Of a stretch of 57,685 bases of DNA, positions 9,629 to 17,532 are shown one piece after another. The stretch is taken from positions 1 through 57,685 of the forward strand of contig ONVK01000003.1 of the NCBI GenBank assembly GCA_900321255.1. Reading direction: 5' to 3'. This stretch comes from an uncultured Lentisphaerota bacterium (GTDB lineage Bacteria > Verrucomicrobiota > Kiritimatiellia > RFP12 > UBA1067). Positions within the stretch are counted from its first letter, which is position 1. Each line of letters opens with the position of its first letter. The notes under the pieces were generated by a model. That model made no database searches. It was not told where the DNA came from and saw nothing but the letters and a program-made list of their open reading frames with translations. A program made the translations under genes and the position numbers.

Positions 9629-10713
9629 TGATGCGTTTGCCATGGCGGGGAAAGACGGTGCCTCACGCAGTCGTCGATATCATACGCGGATGCAACTGCC
9701 GCTGCGCGCACTGCTACAATTCAGCCGCTCCGCGCGCGAAGTCGATGGACGAGATATCCTCCGACGTGCGCGCGATTTGCGCCGCGCGCAATGTGCGGAC
9801 AATATCGCTCAGCGGCGGTGAGCCGCTCCTCCATCCGCAGATACTTGACATCGTCCGCATGCTGAAGCGCGATGCGCGTGTCTCGGCGAGCATGCTCACG
9901 AACGGAATTCTCTTCGACGACGAAATGGCGGCGCGCCTGGGCGAAGCGGGACTTGACTTCGTCACCCTGCATGTCCAGAAGGGGCAGATTCGACCCGACT
10001 GCGACGACGCGCGGGTGGAGTCGGTGAGACGCGAGAAGGGGCGCATCGCCCGCGCGCACGGAATATATCCAGCGATCGTCGAGACCATCGCGTCGGACGA
10101 CGCCCAGGCGTTCGCGGCGCTCGGGCGGTTTCTGCGCGGCGCGCCCGAGTTCGAGTACGCGCTCGTCACTGTCGCGCGGGATTTCTCCTCAATCGACCCT
10201 GAGACTGCGGAGGTCGAGCCGGACCGCGGCCCGATGCTGTCCGCCCTGGCGGGAGAAGGGTATGAGCCGGGCGTGTTCGTGGGAGGGTGCTTCCGCCGCG
10301 ACGTGCCGCGCTGGTATGTTCTTCAGAGTGTCCAGGCGGTGGATTCCTCCGGACGCGAGCGCGACTGGAGCATGGTACGTCCGGGACTTGTCGAACGCGC
10401 GTTTCTCTGGGGCTGTGCCCTGTTGTTCAGAAGGTCTGTCCACTGGATGAAGTCAACTTCCGCGAAGACGAAGGCGCGGCTTGTGCTGAACGGACTTTTA
10501 GGCGGACGCCTCTCCACTCTCGCGTTTGCGGTACGCGCCGTTCTTCACGGATGGCGTGTTCTGGAGAAGCATATAATCGTCCAGTACCCGCCGCGCTCGC
10601 TCGGCGGAGGACGCGTCGAGTTCTGCGACAGCTGCCCCGACGCGACTGTCGTGGACGGACGGCTTCGTCCGCTCTGCATGTCGGACCTCGGGAAGGAGGT
10701 CTGCCGGCCGTGA
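9628..10713 (+). CDS. Radical SAM protein with C-terminal CDxCxDAT...PxC motif (paralogue A)
   Basis: RGCNCRCAHC, SGGEPLLHP, LTNG, C-terminal FCDSCPDATVVDGRLRPLC. Start overlaps the previous stop (TGATG), with GGAGGA as RBS. Confidence 0.85.
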   Translation: MMRLPWRGKTVPHAVVDIIRGCNCRCAHCYNSAAPRAKSMDEISSDVRAICAARNVRTISLSGGEPLLHPQILDIVRMLKRDARVSASMLTNGILFDDEMAARLGEAGLDFVTLHVQKGQIRPDCDDARVESVRREKGRIARAHGIYPAIVETIASDDAQAFAALGRFLRGAPEFEYALVTVARDFSSIDPETAEVEPDRGPMLSALAGEGYEPGVFVGGCFRRDVPRWYVLQSVQAVDSSGRERDWSMVRPGLVERAFLWGCALLFRRSVHWMKSTSAKTKARLVLNGLLGGRLSTLAFAVRAVLHGWRVLEKHIIVQYPPRSLGGGRVEFCDSCPDATVVDGRLRPLCMSDLGKEVCRP

Positions 10714-11966
10714 ATGCCTTCAACGGGAATACGCGCGTGTTCTGCTTCGTCTGCGGCGAAGAGCATCAGGCGGTGACGTACGAGGAGGATGGCTCCATGA
10801 AGTGCCGCATCGACTGCCCGAGGTCCCCGGGGAAGGTGATAGCTCTGAGCTCCGACGCCGCGCAGTTTCTCCGCTTCCGGTCGTTCCCCGCGCAGAAGGT
10901 CGAGCGCAGGCAGCAGTTTGCGCTTCTGCACGTGACTGACAGATGTTCCATGCGCTGTCCGATCTGCTACGCCTCTTCCGGCGACGGCGGAGCCAGACCG
11001 GTCGACGAGATAGTGGAAATGGCCCGCCGGGCGAAGGAAGCCGGCGTGCGGTCCGTGTCCCTGACGGGCGGCGAGCCGACCGAGCATCCAGGGCTCGAGG
11101 AAATCGTGCGCCGCGTTTCCCGCGATCTCGGTCTCAGGACCGCGCTTCTGACGAACGGCCTTGCGCTTGCCGCCGACGGTTCGCTGGCGGGAAGGCTTCG
11201 CCGCGCGGGACTGTCCAAGGCCGTCATTTCGTTTGACACGCTCTCTTCCGACACGAGCCGCGCGATGCGCGGCGGGGACTACGTGGCCGCGAAGCTGCGC
11301 GCGTTCTCCAGCGCGGCCGCGGCCGGTCTGTCGCTTTCGGCCAACACGACCGTATGCGACCTGAATCTTCACGAGGTCGGCGCGGTGTTCCGCACCCTGG
11401 CATCGAGGTTTCCCTGCATGACGCATGTCCTCCTGCAGCCGTTTGCCGACTTCGGGCGGAGGGATGTGCACTGCCGCATTGACCGCGAGCAGATCGTGCG
11501 GGCGCTTGTCGAAAGCGGCGAGTTCCCCGTATCCGATCCGGATCACTTCATCCCGGCGCCGAACATACCTGCCTTCGGCGTGTCCGTGCATCCGGACTGC
11601 TGCGCCGTCTGTCCGGTAGTGGTTCGCGGCGTCGGCCCGAACGCGCGCATGGCTCCGCTTTCCTCGCCCGACGCCCTGCGCAGGCTGTGCGTGCGGCTGG
11701 CGTCGGTAGACGGACGCGGCATCATTCCGCCGACCATGAAGGCGGCGTTCGCCTGGTTCCGCTGCGCCGGGCTTCTAGGCCTGCCGCTTCTGGGACGCAG
11801 GGGCATCGGCGGAAGGGTCGTCCTGGCGGTTATCGACAATCTGCCGGATCGCGACTGCATGCTTGCCGACCGCATCGGTCGGTGCGGCTCCGCCCTGGTC
11901 TGCGCGGACGGATGCCTGCGTCCTGTGTGCGCAGCGTACAGGATGGGACTGGAGAGAAGAAAATGA
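10710..11966 (+). CDS. Radical SAM protein resembling the MJ0619/tetraether lipid synthase (Tes, GDGT-MAS) family
   Basis: N-terminal CxxC...CP segment, HVTDRCSMRCPICYA, TGGEPTEHP, LTNG, HPDC and C-terminal RCx6DGxLxPxC. GTG start overlaps the previous stop, with AAGGAGGT as RBS. Radical SAM call is secure; the family call is by motif memory. Confidence 0.75.
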   Translation: MNAFNGNTRVFCFVCGEEHQAVTYEEDGSMKCRIDCPRSPGKVIALSSDAAQFLRFRSFPAQKVERRQQFALLHVTDRCSMRCPICYASSGDGGARPVDEIVEMARRAKEAGVRSVSLTGGEPTEHPGLEEIVRRVSRDLGLRTALLTNGLALAADGSLAGRLRRAGLSKAVISFDTLSSDTSRAMRGGDYVAAKLRAFSSAAAAGLSLSANTTVCDLNLHEVGAVFRTLASRFPCMTHVLLQPFADFGRRDVHCRIDREQIVRALVESGEFPVSDPDHFIPAPNIPAFGVSVHPDCCAVCPVVVRGVGPNARMAPLSSPDALRRLCVRLASVDGRGIIPPTMKAAFAWFRCAGLLGLPLLGRRGIGGRVVLAVIDNLPDRDCMLADRIGRCGSALVCADGCLRPVCAAYRMGLERRK

Positions 11967-13060
11967 ACGCACTTAAACTGCCGTGGAAGGGGAAGGATGT
12001 GCCTGCCGCGCTGCTGGACGTAGTCCGCGGATGCAACTGCATCTGCAGGGCGTGCTTCAACCGTCGGCCGCCTTCGCACAAGCCTCTCGGGACAATTCGC
12101 GAAGAGCTTGCCGCGATCCAGCGGCTCAGGAACGTGAAGAGCGTCGGCATTACGGGCGGAGAGCCTTTGCTCCATCCGCAGATCGCCGACGTAGTGCGAC
12201 TCATCCGCGACCGTGGCCTGAGCCCGGCGATGCTGACAAACGGAATCCTCTGGAACGCCGATGTCGCGGACAGACTCCGCAGGGCGGGGCTCGACACGGT
12301 AATGTTCCATATACAGCCTGGGCAGACGCGTCCGGATCTTCGCCAGGAAGCGACGGCGGCGGACGCGTTCGCACTCATCTCGGAGAAGTGCGCGACTGCT
12401 GCGGCCAGCGGCGTCGAGGCTGTTGCGATTGCAACTGTAAGCGCAAGGCGTCCGCAGGAGACGGACGCAATGCTTGACGCATTTCTCGGATGCAGGGAGT
12501 GCTCGTATCTATGGCTGACCCTCGAGCGTGACATGCAGACGATCGGCAGCGGGCGCGAATCATCCGCGCGGGGGAACGGAATCGAGGAGATGTCCGGCTT
12601 CCTGCTCCGGCACGGGTGGCGCCCCTTCGCCGGAATAGGGGGCTCGATCGACGCGTCAAGATGGCGCTGGATGGCGTTCCACTCGTTCGCCCGCATAGAC
12701 CGCGCCGGACATGTCGCCGGACTGGCGTCCGTCCCGCCGTCCCTTTTCGAGCGCGGCGCATTTGCCGCGCTACGTCTCATCGGCGTCCAGCTTCCCTACC
12801 GCGTCAAGGCGTCTCGCGCCGGGATTCTGGGGCGGATCGCGGCCAACGCGGTTTCCGGCGGCCCGGTGAAGAATCTCGGCTTTGTCCTTGCGGCCCTGGC
12901 GGGACGACAGCGGATCGAGCCGAAGCATGTCGTGGTGGAGGCTCTTCCCGAGCTGGCTCCCGACGGAAGGATTGAACACTGCGATCCGTGCATCGACGCG
13001 ACTGTAAGAGACGGACGTCTTGTTCCTCCGTGCCTTGCGGACGCAGACTGCGGAGTGTGA
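11963..13060 (+). CDS. Radical SAM protein with C-terminal CDxCxDAT...PxC motif (paralogue B)
   Basis: RGCNCICRAC, TGGEPLLHP, LTNG, C-terminal HCDPCIDATVRDGRLVPPC. Clearly similar to 9628-10713. ATGA overlap. Confidence 0.85.
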   Translation: MNALKLPWKGKDVPAALLDVVRGCNCICRACFNRRPPSHKPLGTIREELAAIQRLRNVKSVGITGGEPLLHPQIADVVRLIRDRGLSPAMLTNGILWNADVADRLRRAGLDTVMFHIQPGQTRPDLRQEATAADAFALISEKCATAAASGVEAVAIATVSARRPQETDAMLDAFLGCRECSYLWLTLERDMQTIGSGRESSARGNGIEEMSGFLLRHGWRPFAGIGGSIDASRWRWMAFHSFARIDRAGHVAGLASVPPSLFERGAFAALRLIGVQLPYRVKASRAGILGRIAANAVSGGPVKNLGFVLAALAGRQRIEPKHVVVEALPELAPDGRIEHCDPCIDATVRDGRLVPPCLADADCGV

Positions 13061-13067
13061 CAGATAT

Positions 13068-14390
13068 ATGAGAATCCTCTTCATACAGCCAGCCGTGGGG
13101 CACAAGCCCGGCGGCGCGACCTATCCGAAGACGTGGATCATGGAGCCGCTTGCGCTCGCCGTTCTTTCCGCGCTGACGCCGCGCCGCGTCGAGCGTCTGT
13201 TCATGGACGACAGGCTGGGCGAAGTCGACTACGCGGCGGATGCAGACGTTGTGGCCATGCCCGTCGAGTGCTATACTGCGGCTCGCAGCTACGAGATCGC
13301 CGCGCGGTTCCGCGCGAAGGGTGCAAGGATCGTTCTCGGCGGGTTCCATGTAAAGCTCAACGAGGCCGAGGCCGCCGCCAACGCGGACGCCGTGATACTC
13401 GGCGACGCCGAGACGACATGGCCGCAGGTCGTGAACGACCTGGAGGCGGGAAGGCTCGCCTCGCGGTACGTAGGATGCGGCGGCGTGTTCTGCCCCATGC
13501 CCGACCGCTCGCTCTACGCCGGAAGGGACTATGGACGACTCAACCTCGTGGAGACTTCGCGCGGATGCTCGTTCAACTGCGAGTTCTGTTCCGTGACGAA
13601 GTTCTTCGGCAGGCGCTACACGCCGCGTCCGCTGGACGAGGTGATGACCGAGGTGCGGTCGCTCGAAAAGGACATCGTCTTCTTCGTCGACGACAACCTC
13701 GCGATGGACGTGGAGCGCCTGAAGGACCTCTGCCGGCGGATGATCCCCATGCACATGCATTGGGTCGGGCAGCTCAGCATCCACTCCGCCAAAGACGACG
13801 AGCTGCTCGCGCTGATGGAGAGGAGCGGCTGCGCGGGCGTGCTTATAGGATTCGAGTCGCTCGACGCCGCGACGCTGTCCGACATGGGCAAGCGCGTCAA
13901 CTCTTCGAACAGCGACTATGCCGCGGCGATCGAGAACCTGAGGCGGCACCACCTCTCCATCTATGCGACGTTCGTCTTCGGCTACGACCATGACACCGCC
14001 GAGACCTTCGAGCGGACGTTCGAGTTCGCGATGGAGAGCCGATTCTTCTTCGCCGCCTTCAACCATTTGGTGCCTTTCCCCGGAACCGACGTGCATGCGC
14101 GCTTCGTGCGCGAAGGGCGAATGCTCCACGACAGGTGGTGGCTCGATCCGAACGTCCGCTTCGGAGACGTCGTGTTCCGTCCGAAGAACTTCACGCCGGA
14201 GGGCCTGGCCGAGACCTGCCGCAGATACAGACTTCGTTTCTATTCGACGCGGTCGGTCTTCCGCCGGGCGATGGACGTGCGCGCGAACACGCACGGACTG
14301 CTCAAGGCGGCGATATTCTTCGCCTCCAACTTTACGCAGGAGCGCGAGGTGATGCGGCGGCACGGACTTCCCTTCGGAGGAGATCCATGA
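13068..14390 (+). CDS. Cobalamin-binding radical SAM protein (class B methylase-like) 2
   Basis: MEPLALAVLSALTP, IVLGGFHV, ETSRGCSFNCEFC, FVDDN, IGFES, FVFGYDHD and PFPGT. Confidence 0.88.
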   Translation: MRILFIQPAVGHKPGGATYPKTWIMEPLALAVLSALTPRRVERLFMDDRLGEVDYAADADVVAMPVECYTAARSYEIAARFRAKGARIVLGGFHVKLNEAEAAANADAVILGDAETTWPQVVNDLEAGRLASRYVGCGGVFCPMPDRSLYAGRDYGRLNLVETSRGCSFNCEFCSVTKFFGRRYTPRPLDEVMTEVRSLEKDIVFFVDDNLAMDVERLKDLCRRMIPMHMHWVGQLSIHSAKDDELLALMERSGCAGVLIGFESLDAATLSDMGKRVNSSNSDYAAAIENLRRHHLSIYATFVFGYDHDTAETFERTFEFAMESRFFFAAFNHLVPFPGTDVHARFVREGRMLHDRWWLDPNVRFGDVVFRPKNFTPEGLAETCRRYRLRFYSTRSVFRRAMDVRANTHGLLKAAIFFASNFTQEREVMRRHGLPFGGDP

Positions 14391-15409
14391 TGCGAGCGCG
14401 GATGTACCGTCCGTCGGACGAGGCGGACCTCGTGCGGCTCGCCTCCGCCGCGATGCCCGGCTGGGCGCGGCTCAGGTACGACTATGCCCCGGGTTACGCG
14501 GCGGCGGAGGCGCTGAAGGGCGCGTGCGAGATCGTCGTAGTCGAAGACGAAGAAGGCTGCATGGCAGGATGCGGCACGCGCGCGACGCGGCGACTCTACC
14601 TCGACGGCGCGCCGCAGGACGTCGGCTATCTGAGCGGCTTAAGAAGCTTTCCCGGCGCGCGGCGCGGATGGGGGCTCTTCCGCGGCTTCAGGGCCATCGC
14701 CGAACTTGAGGCCGCCGCGCCGAACGCGCTGACCTTTACGACGATTCTCGACGACAACGCGGAGGCGCGAGAGCTGTTGACGTCGGGACGCGCAGGGCTG
14801 CCGAAATACTCGCCCCGCGGAAGGGTCGTTACGTATGCGCTCGCCCCGCGCGGCGGAGCGGAGCCCGAAAGGGCGTCGTTCGACGAGCTGGAAGAATTCT
14901 ATGCACGGGTATCTCCGAGGAAGCAGCTCTTCCCCGTCTTTGGCAAGGCGCTCCCTCCAGGGCTTTCGGCCGACGACTTCTTCGTCGTGCGGCGCGGCGG
15001 ACGCGTTGCGGCGGCGGGTGCGGTGTGGAACCACGGCGAGAGGCGTCGAATATTCGTCGACGGGTATATGCTTCGCCTGCGCGTGCTGCGTCCTTTCCTC
15101 AACGTTCTGTTCAGGTTTTCCAGTTGTCCGATGCTTCCTTCGCCCGGAAGCGAGTTCGCGTGCTCGTATCTCGCATACGCGCTTGCCGAGAACGACGACC
15201 CGTCGCTCTTTGCCGTGCTCGTCGAAGCGGCGCGGCGCATCTGCCGCGGACGGAACCTCGTCCTCTCGCTGCATTCCCACGACCCGCTCACCCGCGTCGC
15301 GGCAAAGTTCGGCGGCTGGCGCTACCGGAGCGATTTCCTTACCGTCGAGTTCGCAGGACGCCCGCGCAACCTCCGCGGCATTCCCTACATAGAGGCTGGC
15401 GCGCTGTGA
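14387..15409 (+). CDS. Putative GNAT-fold acyltransferase (tandem GNAT-like), uncharacterised
   Basis: GNAT-like pattern: R-x-Y-x-P-x-D N-terminus, VVVED...MAGCG strand, GYLSGLRS.P..R, TTILDDNxxA. ATGA overlap with the upstream gene. Confidence 0.55.
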   Translation: MMRARMYRPSDEADLVRLASAAMPGWARLRYDYAPGYAAAEALKGACEIVVVEDEEGCMAGCGTRATRRLYLDGAPQDVGYLSGLRSFPGARRGWGLFRGFRAIAELEAAAPNALTFTTILDDNAEARELLTSGRAGLPKYSPRGRVVTYALAPRGGAEPERASFDELEEFYARVSPRKQLFPVFGKALPPGLSADDFFVVRRGGRVAAAGAVWNHGERRRIFVDGYMLRLRVLRPFLNVLFRFSSCPMLPSPGSEFACSYLAYALAENDDPSLFAVLVEAARRICRGRNLVLSLHSHDPLTRVAAKFGGWRYRSDFLTVEFAGRPRNLRGIPYIEAGAL

Positions 15410-16098
15410 GCGAAATGGTTAGAGTCGGGATATGGGCTGTAGGGCGGCTGTCGGGTGATGACCGCGAGGGGATGGAGCGGCTGTACCGCGAGTACTACGA
15501 AGGCGCGAACGAATGCGACTTCGCACGCGACCTCGCGGAGAAGGATTGGGCGATCGTGCTCAGGGACGCGGAGGGCGTTCGCGGTTTCTCGACGATGAAG
15601 CTCGTGCGCGTGGCGGAGATGAACGTCCTCTTCAGCGGCGACACGGTGGTGGACGAGGCGTGCCGCTCGCAGACCGGGCTCGCCGGCGCGTTCGGACACG
15701 TCATGCGCAATCTCGCCGAGACCGGCGTCGAAGATCCGCACTGGTTCCTTATCTGCAAGGGCGCGCGTACGTACCGCTTCCTGCCGACGTTTTTCCGTCG
15801 CTATGTGCCAGGTCCACGCGAGGACGCCGAGCTCGCAGAGCGCCTTCGCTGCGTCGCCTCCGCGATGTATCCGCGCGAATACGACCCCGCGACTGGCGTG
15901 CTGCGCTTTGGCGCGGGGAAGGACAGGCTCAAGGGCGATGCTCTCCGCATGGACCGCGAGTCGGTGAGGTTCCGCGCATTGAACCCGGACTGGGCGCGTG
16001 GCGACGAACTCTGCTGCATGGCGCCGCTTGCGCTCTCCAACCTGAACCGCCTCGGCGAGCGGGTGATCGCCGACACGAACCCCGAGTGGCACCTCTGA
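15406..16098 (+). CDS. Hypothetical protein, probable GNAT-like fold
   Basis: Coupled ORF (GTGA overlap; alternative ATG 15415). FxRDLAEKD...VRGFST...FSGDTVVD...WFLICKGARTYRFLP...LNPxWxxGDEL. Confidence 0.6.
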   Translation: MSEMVRVGIWAVGRLSGDDREGMERLYREYYEGANECDFARDLAEKDWAIVLRDAEGVRGFSTMKLVRVAEMNVLFSGDTVVDEACRSQTGLAGAFGHVMRNLAETGVEDPHWFLICKGARTYRFLPTFFRRYVPGPREDAELAERLRCVASAMYPREYDPATGVLRFGAGKDRLKGDALRMDRESVRFRALNPDWARGDELCCMAPLALSNLNRLGERVIADTNPEWHL

Positions 16099-17447
16099 TG
16101 CGCATCCTCCTCGCCAACATCGCGTGGTTCCTCTCGACGCTTCTAGACGCCGTGCGCTTCGCGCTCGCGCTGCACGACCCTGCGAAGGCGCAGGCGAAAG
16201 CGGCCGCTCGGCGACATCCGACGCGCCCCGAGGACGTCATCCTCGAGGAGCCGACGAGCGGCACGACTGGCGGGACAAAGTGGATTCCGTACACAGAGCA
16301 GCTGCGGCGCGAGTTCATGCGCGCGGTCAATCCGTGGATGGCGTCGATATACCTCCGCCACCCAGGGCTACTTTTCTGCACGCACTACTGGAGCGTCTCG
16401 CCGTACACGGAGGTGCGCCAGCCGAAGGACGGTCTGCGCCGCGGCTTCGCCGAGGACCGCGAATATCTTGGCCCCGTGCGCGCGCGCCTCGTTGCCGCGC
16501 TTTTCCCCGTATCCGCCGCGGTGGCGGAGGAGCGCGATCCGGAGCGGCACATGATGAAGACGGCGCGTGCGCTCGCGGCGTCGCGCAGGCTCGGGCTCGT
16601 CTCGGTGTGGCATCCGTCTGCGTTCCTGCGTCTCCTCGACTTCATGTCCGAACGCGCGGACGAGGTGTCGGACAATCCGCGCGTGCGGCGGCTTCTCGCT
16701 GCGCGGGACTTCCGCGGCGTGTGGCCGCGCCTGAAGCTGATCAGCTGCTGGGACGCGGCGTTTGCCGCTTCGGACGCTGAGAAGGTGCGCGCGGCGTTTC
16801 CGGACGTCGAGGTGGAGGGGAAAGGGCTGATGGCCACGGAGGGCGTGGTGACCGTTCCGTGGTTCGGACGTCACGTCGCTGCGGTGACGTCGCATTCGCT
16901 TTCCTTCGAGTGCGTGGACGAGGAGAGTGGCGAGCCCGTCGCGGGGACGGCGGTCGGCGTGGAGCGCCTTGAGAAGGGGAAGCGCTACGGCGTCGTGCTC
17001 ACGACGGGAAACGGATTCACGGACTACAGACTCGGCGATGTCGTGGAATGCACGGGCTTCGTCGCGAAGACGCCGCGGCTCGAGTTTTGCCACCGGGCGG
17101 GCGGAACGATCGACATGCACGGCGAGAAGATGCATCCGGCCTTTGTGGCCGAGGTGATTTCGAAGCTCTCCGGGCGCTTCGGACGCGCCGCCTTCGCTAT
17201 GCTCGTCCCGCGGCAGGACCGCCGCGGATACCGCCTTCTGTGGGAGCCGGAAGGCGGGAGGCTTCCGGAGGCGGAGGAGGTCGAGGGGCTTCTCCGGGCC
17301 AACTACCACTACGCCCACGCCGTGAACCTCGGGCAGCTCGAGCCGGTCGCGGTGGAGGAGGTGAAGGACGGACTCGGCAGATGGTGCGCCGCGGCAGATG
17401 TGCCGCGCGCCGCCGCTAAGCCTCCAAGCCTCGGAAATCTTGACTAA
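16098..17447 (+). CDS. GH3 family acyl acid-amido synthetase (adenylate-forming, 'auxin-responsive promoter' family)
   Basis: P-loop EPTSGTTGGTKWIPYT, GLMATEG, VVLTTGNGFTDYRLGDVV and GEKM. TGATG overlap. Confidence 0.85.
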   Translation: MRILLANIAWFLSTLLDAVRFALALHDPAKAQAKAAARRHPTRPEDVILEEPTSGTTGGTKWIPYTEQLRREFMRAVNPWMASIYLRHPGLLFCTHYWSVSPYTEVRQPKDGLRRGFAEDREYLGPVRARLVAALFPVSAAVAEERDPERHMMKTARALAASRRLGLVSVWHPSAFLRLLDFMSERADEVSDNPRVRRLLAARDFRGVWPRLKLISCWDAAFAASDAEKVRAAFPDVEVEGKGLMATEGVVTVPWFGRHVAAVTSHSLSFECVDEESGEPVAGTAVGVERLEKGKRYGVVLTTGNGFTDYRLGDVVECTGFVAKTPRLEFCHRAGGTIDMHGEKMHPAFVAEVISKLSGRFGRAAFAMLVPRQDRRGYRLLWEPEGGRLPEAEEVEGLLRANYHYAHAVNLGQLEPVAVEEVKDGLGRWCAAADVPRAAAKPPSLGNLD

Positions 17448-17490
17448 ATTTTAGAGGATTAAATTCTGACTGAGGCGCGGCGGCGCGTTT

Positions 17491-17499
17491 TGGTATAAT
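17491..17499 (+). promoter_or_regulatory. Extended -10 element (TGGTATAAT)
   Basis: Consensus match in the intergenic region upstream of the pyrophosphatase gene. Confidence 0.65.
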
Positions 17500-17532
17500 A
17501 TGCGTTGAAACGGAAGCAAGGAATCGTCTCGA

